This document shows positions 25,169-37,365 of a stretch of DNA of 64,000 nucleotides, piece by piece (the first letter of the stretch is position 1; every line of letters begins with the position of its first letter). A program made the position numbers and the translations under genes. Where the stretch lies: NCBI RefSeq assembly GCF_036321535.1, contig NC_087436.1, positions 71,178,001-71,242,000 of the forward strand. Direction: 5' to 3'. The DNA comes from Camelus dromedarius. Lineage: Eukaryota. A model generated the notes under the pieces. It did no database searches and was not told the DNA's origin. It saw only the letters and a program-made list of their open reading frames with translations.

Positions 25169-28078
25169 GAAAGAGAAGCAAGATGGTGGAGTAGGAGGAC
25201 TCTTGTAGCTTACCCTCTCCCACAAATACACCAAAACTCACATCTACGGACCCACTCAGCCAAATAGAGCACCTGCCGAACTCTGACAGAACATTGCCCT
25301 CTTTGAAAGACAAAGATGCCAAAAATCAGGTAGGAGAAAAGGAAAAAAGAAAGAATAAAAAACAAAACAGTGCGGGATGGGTCCCGTGGGAAGGGAGCGG
25401 CAAAGGAGGACTAGCGTTCGTTCGCTGGGTCTCCCCCCTCCAAAGGAGAGGCCAACGGGACAGAGGGGGAGCCTCAGAGGCTCAGATCTGCTCCAAGCAC
25501 CCCTTGACTGACAGAACTAAGTTAAACGGGCACAAAGGGTCCCCGCGACACCCAGTCCAAGACGCGAGCCGGCAGCTGGGAACCGGGACAGGCCACCCGA
25601 GCTGGGCGGAGAACTGGGGCAGAGGCACTGACGCAGCCTTGGGGGACTGCAGGGTGCTGTGTGTTGTAGCTGGGAGGGGATATGGAGCAGAACAACCTCG
25701 GTCCCCCATAAATTGCAAAAAAAGCAAAGCAGCAAGGCTGGTGTGCCCTGGGGGGAGGGGCACCGTAGCCTTTGTCTCCTCAGACCCACGGCACCATTAT
25801 GGGTGCTTCTCAAGAGAAGAGGTGGGGCACAGCCACAGCCGCCATCTCCTCCTGTGGGAGCGCCCGGGCGGGGATGGGGCTGAGCCCTGAATCCGCACCC
25901 AGGGGCTTTGCAACCTCCTAGGCAAGACTGAGACTTGTTTATAGCCCGAGGCAGATAGGATCTTTCTGCCCTGGCACCTCAGAGAACTCACGCCACCAAG
26001 ACAAACAAGGAGCTGAGATTTGGCACAGAGCAGAGGCGGGGCTGTTCTGCAGTCTTCCTCGAGCCTGCCTACAGAGCACTGACCCAAGGAAGAGTGGGCA
26101 GCTGCACAGAGCAGTGAAGCGACCAGCACCAGGAGAGGGCGGGTGGCCACCCGCCTTCCTGGCAGGAATGCAGCACCTGACTGCGGTGCTTGGAGGGGGC
26201 ATGATCCACCCACCTGCCTTTCCTGAGCGCAGCATCTGACTGCAGCATCGGGAGGGGGAGTGACCTGCCTGCCCACCGGGCCACAGTGCCAGAGAGATAT
26301 GAGCAATATGAAGAAACAGAGGAACCACTCCCAATTAAAAGATCAAGAGAAATCCCCTGAAAGCACGATCAATGAAATAGACATTGATGGCCTACTAGAT
26401 CAAGATTTCAAAAAAGGAGTGATCAAAGTACTGAAGGAACTGAAAGAGATAGTGTTTGGAAATATAAAATATGTCAAAAATGAAATAGAAGCTATAAAGA
26501 AGAACCAAGTAAAATTAGTAAACTCATTTGCTGAGAAGAGAGCTGACCTAAAGGCTGTACAAAGCAGACTAGATAATGCAGAGGAACGAATAAGTGACCT
26601 AGAAGACAGGACAACAGAAAGCACCCAATCAGAACAGCTAAGAGAAAAACAAATAAAACAATGAAAACAATATAAGGGACCTATGGGATAATATAAAGCA
26701 TGCCAATCTACGCATAATAGGGGTTCCAGAAGGGGAAGAAAGAACAAAGGTATTGTTCTTTATTCTGCAGTATGAAAAGGTATTGGAAGAAATCATGACT
26801 GAAAACTTCCCAAACCTAAAGAAGGAATCAGATATCCAAGTACAGGAGGCTCAGAGGGTCACAAACAGGAAGAACCCAAACAGACTCACACCAAGACATA
26901 TCATAATCAAGATGGCCAGAGTCAAGGATAAAGAAGTGATCCTAAAGGCAGCAAGAGAAAAACAGAGAGTGAGTTACAAGGGAACCCCCATAAGGCTCTC
27001 AGCTGATTTCTCTACACAAACACTACAGGCCAGAGGGGAGTGGCAAGATATATTCAAAGTCCTGAATGAAAAAAATGCAGCCTAAGATACTCTATCCAGC
27101 AAGGCTATCCTTTAGAATAGAAGGAGAGATAAAGAACTTCACAGACAAGCAAAAACTAAAAGAGTTTAGCAACACTAAACCCATGCTAAAAGAAATATTG
27201 GCAGGTCTACTCTAAATAGAAAAGCAGCAAGATGCTACAAAAATGAGAAACTCATAACTGGAAAGGTGATAACTACCATGAATTACAAATAGAATAGACA
27301 CAAAATTGTAAAAGAAGACATCCAAATCATTAAGAGTGGGAGAGGGAAGCAAGAAAGCCACTGTGGAAAACAGTATGGAGCTTCCTCCAAAGACTAGGAA
27401 TAGACTTACCATATGACCTAGGAATCCCACTCCTGGGCATATATCCAGAAGGAACCCTACTTCAAAATGACATCTGCACCCCAATGTCCATAGCAGCACT
27501 ATTTACAATAGCCAAGACATGGAAACAGCCTAAGTGTCCATCAACGGATGACTGGATAAAGAAGATGTGGTATATTTATATGATGGAATACTATTCAGCC
27601 ACAAAAGCCGACGACATAATGCCATTTGCAGCAACATAGATGTTCCTGGAGAATGTCATTCTAAGTGAAGTAAGCCAGAAAGAGAAAGAAAAATATCATA
27701 TGAGATCACTCATATGTGGAATCTAAAAAAAACAAAAAGAAAAACAAAAACATAAATACAAAACAGAAACAGACTCACAGACATAGAATACAAACTTGTG
27801 GTTGCCAAGGGGATGGGGGGTAGGGACAGACTGGGATTTTAAAATGTAGAACAGATAAACAAGACCATACTTTATAACACGGGGAAATATATACAAGATC
27901 TTGTGGTAGCTCACAGTGAAAAAAAAATGTGACAATGAATATATGTATGTTCATGTATAACTGAAAAATTGTGTTTTACACTGGAATTTGAAACAACATT
28001 GTAAAATGACTATTACTCAATAAAAAAATGTTTAAAAAATAAATAGGAAAAATAAACTATAGAGCCTAAAAAAAAAAA
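25169..28078 (+). mobile_element. L1-derived element: 5'UTR + ORF1 + ORF2 C-terminal stub + 3'UTR + poly(A), with ORF2 almost entirely missing
   Basis: TSD aaagttccctccaga (25154-25168) and aaagttccgtccaaa (28079-28093); GC-rich 5'UTR; ORF1 remnant; abrupt junction at ~27357; poly(A) from 28068. Confidence 0.92.
26299..27215 (+). pseudogene. L1 ORF1p, frameshifted
   Basis: MSNMKKQRNHSQLK...coiled coil RLDNAEERISDLED...LWDNIKHANLRIIGVPEGEE...ENFPNL...TPRHIIIKM...PIRLSADFS...ILYPARLSF...GLL*; frame breaks near 26660, 26750 and 27075. Confidence 0.92.
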
Positions 28079-30677
28079 AAAGTTCCGTCCAAATATAAGC
28101 CCAGGAGTGGTATTGCTGGATCATACGGTAAATCTATTTTTAGTTTTTAAAGGAATCTCCATAATGGCTGCACCAAAATACATTCCCATCAATAGTGTAG
28201 GAGGGTTCCCTTTTCTTCACACTGTCTCCAGTATTTATCATTTGTGGACGGTCATTCTGACTGGAGTGAGGTGTTACCTCATTGTAGTTTTCATTTGTAT
28301 TTAATGATAATTAGTGATACTGAGCATTTTTTCATGTGCTTATTGGCCATTTGTATGTCTTCATTGAAGAATTGCTTGTTTAGGTCTTCTGCCTATTTTT
28401 GGATTGGGTTGTTTGTTTTTCTTTGTTATTAACTGGTATGAGCTATTTACATATTATAGAAATTAAGTCCTTGTCAGTTACATCATTTGCAAATATGTCT
28501 CCCATTCCATAGGTTGTCTTTTTGTTTTGTTTATGGTTTCCTTTGCTGTGCAAAAGCATACAAGTTTGATTAGCGCCCATGTGTTAATTTTTCTTTTATT
28601 TCTTCTGCCTTGGGAGAGTGATCTAAGAAAATATTGCTATGATTTATGTCAGAGAATATTTTGCCTATGTTTTCTTCTAGGAGTTTCATGGTGTCCTGCC
28701 TTATGTTTAAGTCTTTAAGCCATTTTGAGTTTATTTTTGTGTGTGGTATGAGGGAGAATTCTAACTTCATTGATTTATATGTGGCTGTCCATTTTTCCCA
28801 ACACAACTTGCAGAAGAGACAGTCATTTCTCCATTGTATATTCTTGTCTCCTTTGTTGAAGATGAATTAGCCATAAGTCTGTGGGTTTATTTCTGGTCCC
28901 TCTATTCTGTTCCATTGATCCATATGTCTGCTTTTGTGCCAATATCATGCTGTTTTGATTACTGTAGCTCTGTAGTATTGTCTGAAGTCTGGGATTGTTA
29001 TTCCTCCAGCTTCATTCTTTTTCTTCAGTATTGCTTTGGCAATGCTGGGTCTCTTGGGATTCCATGTAAGTTTTAGGATTATTTGTTCTAGTTCTGTGAA
29101 AACCCGTCCTGGGTAATTTGATAGGGATCACGTTAAACCTATAGATTGCTTTGTGTAGTATGGCCATTTTAACAATATTAATTCTTCCAATCCAAGAGCA
29201 TGGGATATCTTTCCATTCCTTTAAGATATCTTTAATTTCCTTAATCAGTATTTTATAGTTCTCTGTGTATAAATCTTTCACTTTCTTGGTCAAGTTTATT
29301 CCTAAGTATTTTATTTATTTGGATGCTGTTTTAAAAGGGATTGGTTCTTTACTTTCCTTTTCTGATATTTTGTTGTTAGTGTAAAGAAATGCAGTTGATT
29401 TCCGTATGAGAATCTTGTATCCTGCTACCTTGCTGAATTCTTTTATCAGCTCTAGTAGCTTCTGTGTGGAGCTTTTAGGGTTTTCTATATATAGTATCAT
29501 GTCATCCACGTATAGTGACAATTTTACCTCTTCTTTTCCAATTTGGATCACTTTTATTTCTTTTCCCTGTCTGATTGCTGTGGGTAGGACTTCCAAGACT
29601 ATGTTGAATAGAAGTGGTGAGAGTGGGCATCCTTGTCTTGTTCTAGCTTTTAGCAGGAAGGCTTTCAACTTTTCACCATTGAGTATTATGCTGGCTGTGG
29701 ATTTGTCATAAATAGCTCTTATTATTGAGATATGTTCCCTCTATACCCACTTTAATAAGAGTTTTTATCATAAATGGATACTGAATTTTATCAAATGCTT
29801 TTTCTGCATCTATTGAGATGATCATGTGATTTTTGTCCTTTCTTTTGTTGATATGGTGCATCACGTTGATTGATTTGCATATATTGAACTGTCCTTGTGT
29901 CCCTGGGATGAATCCAACTTATTCATAGTGTATGATCTTTTTTATGTTTTGTTGGCTTCTTTTTCCTACTATTTTGTTGAGGATTTTTGCATCTATATTC
30001 ATCAATGATATTGGCCTATATTTTTCTTTTTTGATAGTGTCTTCATCTGCTTTTGGTATCAAGGTGATGGTGGCTTCATAGAATGAGTTTGGGAGTACTC
30101 TTTCCTTTTCAATCTTTTGCAAGAGTTTGACAAGGATTGGTATGAGTTCTTCTTGTATGTTTGGTAGAATTCCCCAGTGAAGTCATCTGGTCCTGGACTT
30201 TTGTTTGCAGGGAGGTTATTTATTGCTGATTCTACTTGATTTCTACTGATCAGTTTGTTCAAGTTATCTACTTCTTAATTCAGCTTTGGTGGACTGTATG
30301 TTTCTAGAAATTCACATTCTAGATTGTCCAATTTGTTGTCATATAGTTGTTCATAGTATCCTCTTATAGTATTTTGTATTTCTGTGGTGTTGGTTGTAAT
30401 TTTTCTATTTTCATTTCTTACTTTGTTTATTTGTGTCCTCTCCCTTTTCTTCTTGGTGAGCCTGACCAGAGGCTTGTCAATTTTGTTTGCTCTTTCAAAA
30501 AATCAACTCTTGGTTTGATTAATTTTTTCTATTGTTTTTTGAAATCTCTTTTATTTATTTCTTCCCTGATCTTTATTATTTCTTTCCTTCTGCTGACTTT
30601 AGGTTTCATTTGTTCTTCTTTTTCTAATTCTTTTACGTGGTAGGTTAGATTGTTTATTTGCGATTGTTCTTGTTTTT

Positions 30678-31236
30678 TTTTTTTTTTCTCCTAGCTCTTA
30701 ATGTTTCCTTTTTTTTTTTTTTAACATTTTTATTGATTTATAATCGTTTTGCAATGTTGTGTCTAATTCCACTGTAGAGCACAATTTTTCAGTTATACAT
30801 GAACATATATATATTCATTGTCACATTTTTTCTCTGTGAGCTACCATAAGATCTTGTATATATTTCCCTGTGCTATACAGTATAATCTTGTTTATCTATT
30901 CTACAATTTTGAAATCCTTCTATCCCTTCCCACCCTCCGCCCCCTTGGCAACCACAAGTTTGTATTCTATGTCTATGAGTCTTTGTTTTGTATTTATGCT
31001 TTGTTTGTTTGTTTGTTTCTTTAGATTCCACATATAAGCAATCTCATATGGTATTTTTCTTTCTCTTGCTGGCTTACTTCACTTAGAATGACATTCTCCA
31101 GGAGCAACCATGTTGCTGCAAATGGCGTTATGTTGTCGGTTTTTATGGCTGAGTAGTATTCCATTGTATAAATATGCCACATCTTCTTTATCCAGTCATC
31201 TGTTGATGGACAATTAGGCTGTCTCCATGTCTTGGC
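30678..31236 (-). mobile_element. Young 5'-truncated L1 3' end nested in the older L1
   Basis: TSD ttgttcttgttttt (30664-30677) and tcgttcttattttt (31237-31250); same 3'UTR type as 27510-28038; two poly(A) tracts. Confidence 0.9.
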
Positions 31237-34232
31237 TCGTTCTTATTTTTGAGGAAGGTCTGTATCACTATAAATTTCTCTCCTGGAGACTACTTTGGTG
31301 CATCCCATAGATTTTGTGTGGTTGTGTTGTCATTGTTATTTGTCCCAAAGGATTTTTTAATTTCTTCTTTGATTTCATTGTTGACCCATTGTTTTTTTAG
31401 TAGCATATTGTTTAGTCTCCATGTTGTCATTTTTTTCTCATTTTTCTTTCTGTGGTTGATTTCTAGTTTCATTCCATTGTGGTCAGAAAAGATGCTTGAA
31501 ATAAGTTCTATCCTCTTAAATTTGTTCAGCCTTCTTTTGTGTCTGAGTATGTAGTCTACCTTAGAGAATGTTGTATGTACACTTGAAAAATGTATATTCT
31601 ATTTTTGGGGGATGTAAGGTCCTGAAAACATCAACTAAGTCTAACTGTTCTATTTTGTCTTTTAGTATCTCCATTGCCTTACAGATTTTCTGTCTGGAAG
31701 ATCTGTCCAATGATGTTAATGGGGTATTAAAGTCTCCTACTATTACTGTGTTCCCATCAACCTCTCCCTGTATCTCTGTTAGTATTTGTTTTACATATTT
31801 AGGTGCTCCTATATTGGGTGTATATATGTTAACAAGTGTGATATTCTATTCTTGTGTTGTTCCTTTGATCATTATATAGTGTCTTTCTTTATCTTTCTTT
31901 ATGGCCTTTGTTTTAAAGACTATTTTGTCTTATATGAATATTGCTACCCCTGCTTTCTTGTCATTCCATTTGCATGAAATATCTTTTTCTATCCTCTCAC
32001 TTCAATCTATATGTGTCCTTCACCTTAAAGTGGATCTCTTGTAGGCAGCATATTGTTGGTTCTTGTTTTATCATCAAATGTGCCACACTATATCTTTTGA
32101 TTGGGGCACTTAGAGTCCATTGGCACTTACAGTAATTACTGATAAATGTGTTTTCATTGCCATTTAAAATTTTGTTTTCCAGCTGATTTTGTATTTCTTC
32201 TTTGTTCCTTTCTTTTTCTTTTTGTTTCCTTTTGTGGTTTGATAATTTTCTTTTGTATTAGCTTGATTTCTTTTCTTTTTGGTTTTTGTGACTCTGTTGT
32301 AAGTCAGTAGATTTTCCTTGATTCTGTAGCTTTTTCCTTTATAAAACATGATCCATCAGACTGGATCACTTTTTCTCCAACTCTTTGTCTGGTTCTCTTC
32401 CTCACAGAATTTTTTTTATCTCTGCCCACATGATATCCCAGAGATGCTTTTTCTAACTTCCTGTTCAAAATAGTCCCTCCTCCTCTCTCCTTGACAATAT
32501 TCCTTTACTCTTATCTATTTTTCTTCTTGGTAGTTATCACTACCAAAGACGACATACTTATTTCTTCTCTTGACTATTATTTGTCTCTTATTCCAAGTAC
32601 CAAGAGAGTAGAGTTTCTTTTGTGTTCATTGGGACATTCCCTATGTCTAAGATAAGACTTGCGTATAGTAGGCAATAGATCAACATTTATAGAAGGAGAT
32701 ATGATCCAACCAGTAACAGAGCTACAACTAAAGCCTCTGCCTCCCAAGTCCCAACTTAACACTCTCAACACTTCACAGCTCAGGTGACTGTTGCTCCCCT
32801 CTGAAGTCTTACAGAATTTATAACCTAGCACCTACCAATATGTCTTAATAATAGCATGCCTTTTATTGCCCAACTTTTGCATTTTTTTACCTCTTTTTTT
32901 TGTTCTTGACTAAATTGTAAGTACTGCGAGGACAAGAACCATATCAAATCCCTGCTGTGTTACTCCAAGAGCCTTCTGTAGTTCTGAGCACCAGTTAGGC
33001 ACCGGATAAGTCTGAACTGATGGACTGACTCCTTAGTAGTAGGAGAAAGCAGCCCAGAGGGACAACGAATGAGGCAAGTGCAAATAACATCTCTACAGGG
33101 ATTTGTTTTCTGGGTGAGAATTGGTCCTCATAACAGGAATTAGTGCCAATGAACAAACAAAAATATGTCTGAGTTTCTATACTCATCTTTCATTTCACTG
33201 AAACATGGTATACGTAGAATTTTATATGCTGGCATCTCAATGAACAAAATATATATTTAACATATTAGCTTAAATATTAGAATAAATAAAATCATGATTA
33301 ATAAAATTAATAATTTTTCTTCTCCAGTATAATTGTTCAAAATTTAATCTTAAGTATAGAAAAAAAGAAGGTAAGATACCCAAAGAAATTCCGTTAAAAA
33401 GTCGAAGTCCTAAAGAGAGAGAATAGGCTTAGGTAATATACTTGCTAGATCAATATAATATGTATTTTGTAATTCTAGGAGATAAAATATGTAAAATAGA
33501 ATGCAGTACTATCTCAATTACCTTTTAGAAGTAGATGATTTATTATTTCTCCTCAATTGCCCTCTGCCAGTTCACAAGAGAAAAAAGAACACCACTTGGA
33601 GGATATTGACTAAATTTCTTCTGGATAAGATTAAGGCTCATAGAGAAGAAATAAAGAACAAATTTAAAGAGTCCTTTATAACTGCACTGCAGCACTGGGC
33701 CAGGAGTTGGCTGTGCTTTGCACATATATTACCGTTAATTGTATAATGTTGAAAAATGTCACTCTATTCAAAAGCTTAGCAACAAGCATCCACACAGAGT
33801 TATCAGGCCTCAATAATTCCTTGTCACCCTGGAATGCAAAATGATGCTGGAAAGAACTACCTCATCCTTCATTGTCCACATCCAGTCAGGTGACAAAGTC
33901 TTGAGAGTTCTGATTATCCCCCAAACCAAATGAAAATTGTAATTCACGTTATAGCTCCACCTCAGTATAAATTTTTAAATTTAGAATTTCCCTTCGATAA
34001 CAAGGGAAAACTAGTTGATCACTCAAAAGAAAATTTGACTTCATGCTTCCTTTATTTTTGCACCTTGCTTGTTAAATATGTAGATCACTATGTGAACTGC
34101 ATGCAGTCATGAACATATTTTGGATGTGGGGCACAATCATGGAAGCCCTCACTGAGGCTTCCAAGAGCTCTGAGCAAAACAGGAGATACGAATTAAAAGA
34201 TTGAAAAGCCTCGAAAAGGAGTCACTACTCAC

Positions 34233-34432
34233 AATGTTCATCAGGGTGAGGAGGTAGTTTTGGACGTGATCTTTGCCATGGAAACGGACCACAGAGTCAT
34301 CCACTCCCAGCAGCACCTCAATGTTGTAATCGTTTTCTCCTGCGTGTCTGCGGCGCCTCATGGTTTCATTCAGCTGCTGGTCAACACTGCCGTAAACAGT
34401 ACCTAGATCATCAAGGCCTTCCAGATCCGACT
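34233..34432 (-). CDS. ADAMTS3: ADAMTS3 coding exon (probably exon 5): prodomain end, furin site, start of metalloprotease domain
   Basis: Translates (E)[66 protein letters not shown]; acceptor tttctcaatag|AG, donor ATT|gtgagt; 200 bp, phase 1 in and phase 0 out. Confidence 0.97.
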
Positions 34433-34490
34433 CTATTGAGAAACAAAAGGAACCCAGGCATTTCAGTTTCCCCAATGGTCCTTCTAATAA

Positions 34491-34544
34491 CTTCTTACAA
34501 AAACAGATCTTTTGGGGCTTCTTACAAAAACAGATCTTTTGAGG
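34491..34544. repeat. Tandem duplication, 27-bp period, 2 copies
   Basis: cttcttacaaaaacagatcttttg(g/a)gg at 34491 and 34518. Confidence 0.92.
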
Positions 34545-36689
34545 GGGCCTAAATTATCGTCCATAGTCACTGAGATGCTGTTTCTCAGTTTATTCCTTCA
34601 ATAATGTGCACATACATGTGATTAGACAGACTGCCTATAAATTCAACACAGGGCAGCAACGTTGAGAGTAAAATAACATTACTGCACAGAGAGCAGTGCC
34701 ACCACGCCAGACTATTCCAGGAGGATAAAACTAGTTTAGTCTTCCTCCAGCTGCATCCTCTGTGCAGAACAAAGAAAGTGGGAGTACAGAGCATGTGCAG
34801 GCTAACACATGGAGCCTATAAGGTTAAAAATCACAGGTTGGTAAGTTTACAGTGGTTAATTTAAGTTACTTTAATCATGGAGTGTAGAATTTGTATCACA
34901 TAAATTTAAGTTGCTTCTTTTTCCAATAGCCTTAACTTAAAAATCAGAGTAGAGCATGGCAACACAATAGCATTCAGTAATATGATTATCAGTCACCATA
35001 TATTACTTTATTTCTTATGAATCTGATCTTCTTGTGAATGCTGATGTGGGGACACTGTAGGTCTTCACATTTGCACTGGCCATTGTCTGGAGAGCAGGTC
35101 ATTTCGATAGCTATATATCTGAATTCGTGAGATACCAAAGTAAGAAATCAGTCTGAAAATCACATGTATCTGCAGAAAAGTAGAAGTATAAACTATTTTA
35201 TGTCATGGAAGGAATTTAATTTTTTCAACTTTCCAAAGAGAAAAACATACACATATTTACACAGAGAGAGAAACAGACATCCACATATATACATATCTTT
35301 ATATCCTCTATCTACGTAGAGAAAGAGTGAGAGGCAGTCTCGGGTTCTAATTTTCTAGATTATCTGCCTTCAGGTTACCATCATTTTAGTGAAGAAAAGT
35401 GAAATGTATCATTTGGATACTAAAACAAAAGACACTATTCAAAGCTGCGGGTATAGAACTGAAAGAATACTCATTTCCATTTCAAATTATATAAAACCTG
35501 GAAAATATTTTTGCAAACTGCCTTGATGTCTAAAACAACCACATATCTAAAAACAAGTCTGCCAGGACCAATTCTGACTCATGCTTTATATGGAGGCTTA
35601 TTTAACGTTGTGCTGGGGCCTGTAAGCCATTTGAATCAGTGTCTGACATTAATGAATGGGCATTTTCCTCTCCACCTTTGTGGTTATAGTAGAGTTGAGG
35701 GGGAAAAGTGGTGTCTCTGGGCCAAGAAGATGGATGACCAAGCCCGAGCCACATAGGATCAGGAGTAGTGGAAGTACAGATCTCACTCACACCCTTGCCA
35801 CTTTTAAAAATATATGGAAACACCAGCACCCTCCCCTTCGAACATGGGCACAAGCTCTGAATGTGACTACTCAGGCTTGAAAGCTATACTGTAATTCACT
35901 CTGATGGAAGGCCAAACGCTAGATCATTAACCGAGACTTTTCTCCTCATCAGGGAATGACACTGGCTCCACAGCATGTCAATAACCTTTCCCACTATCCA
36001 CATCAAACAGAAAGCTTTCCTCAAAAGTTGTTTTTAAGAGCTGTAAACCCACATCAAGGGCAAGCGACTACACCTGCAAACAACTTTACTATTCATCCTC
36101 AAGTCTCTTCACACACTTGAGAATGTGAAAGGTCATGATAGCTAGCGTGCAAATAGGAAATTCATACACAAGCTCCCAGTTCTAAAAATGGCTCTTTTGG
36201 GCAGAACTGTCAGCAACAGTGTCCAATGGAAACATACTAGCAATGTCATCATGTCATTAAGTCTGATGCATGAATGAAGAAGGCTGAATACGTATTTCAG
36301 AAGGACAGTTCATTTTGCTCTAAAACACCTTTGGTTTGGCCTTCGCATCCCTCCTGAAATACGTGGTTTTCTGGTAAGAGAAGAGAATCTCTTTTTCCAC
36401 TGCATGAGGAACCTGAGAGGGAAGAAGGAAGCTTTTTTCTTTCAATCACTGCTTTTATTCAATCAAGAAGACTTCTGTCCCTGTTTCCTCCTGTGCTGTA
36501 CAAGGTTCTTGCCTATGATTTATCAAGTGGGCAATGTCAAGCATTTCAAAGAAACACAGTGGAATAACTCCTGGCACATTTTATTTATACACAGACCTAT
36601 TAATTACAAATAGTTCTGAGGCTATGAAGTATCTTCATTCATAACTTTTCCCAGTGTGCCTACTTTACAACGTAACAATCACGAGCTTT

Positions 36690-36900
36690 GTAATTAGACA
36701 TGCCTGGCTTCAAATCCTGGCAGTGTCACATCCTGGCAGTGTGATTTTACTTAAGATGCCTATCTCTCTGAGCCTCAGTTTTCTCTTCTGTAAATTGGGA
36801 TAAGAATACCTACTTTGCAGAGTTGCTGTGATGATATGAATGTTAGTAAAAACACTATATTCAGCTCTTAGATATAAGCACTCAACAAACAGCATTTACT
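36690..36900 (+). mobile_element. MIR SINE
   Basis: ctctctgagcctcagttttctcttctgtaaattgggataa. Confidence 0.85.
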
Positions 36901-37127
36901 GCTGCTATGATGATGATGATGGTAATTTCCCATTAAGATAAGCTTTCTATACCTTTTAAATCTTCCTACATCTTACCTTATGTATCACAAATCAAATGGT
37001 TATAGTTCTTTTAATACAGAGGTGAGAAAAAATCTGGAATTAGTAAAGGAAAATCTGAATTGTTGACAACTTCAGAAAGCCTGAGGGTAAAGATAGCTCA
37101 TACAAAGCACAAAGTAGATAAAGCAGA

Positions 37128-37365
37128 TCTTGAGCTCTCCATTTATCCCTTCCCACCCTCTTCTTCCCCTAGTAACCATAAGTTTGTTTTCTATGTCTGT
37201 GAGTTTCTGTCCATTTTGTAAATAAGTTCATTTGTGTCTTTTTTTTTTTAGATTCCATATATAAGTGATATCATATGGTATTTTTCTTTCTCTTTCCTGA
37301 TGTACACCAGAAGCTGACACATTGTAAACAGACTATACTCCAATAAAAAGACACAGACATACACA
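37128..37365. mobile_element. Short 5'-inverted L1 insertion with perfect 17-bp TSD
   Basis: TSD aaagtagataaagcaga at 37111-37127 and 37366-37382; minus-oriented 3'UTR piece 37128-~37299, then plus-oriented terminus with AATAAA. Confidence 0.9.

Larger units (their letters stand above)
24544..32310 (-). mobile_element. 5'-truncated L1 (ORF2 remnant plus 3'UTR), interrupted by two younger L1 insertions
   Basis: Poly(T) at 24544-24566; ORF2 remnants [18 protein letters not shown] and [16 protein letters not shown] (RT, 29315-29668), [15 protein letters not shown], endonuclease region 31290-32100; many stops and frameshifts. Confidence 0.95.
7811..34232 (-). other. ADAMTS3: Large ADAMTS3 intron (26.4 kb)
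   Basis: Bounded by GT (34231-34232) and AG (7811-7812) on the minus strand; flanking exons join in frame as ...LMNI|VNEIY... Confidence 0.93.

Noticed and set aside
25294..26334. Long overlapping ORFs (198, 169 and 131 aa) as novel genes
   Set aside because: They lie in the GC-rich L1 5'UTR, where stop codons are rare; no recognisable domain.
34149..34475. 108-aa ORF as a standalone protein
   Set aside because: It is the 200-bp ADAMTS3 exon plus intron read-through on both sides.
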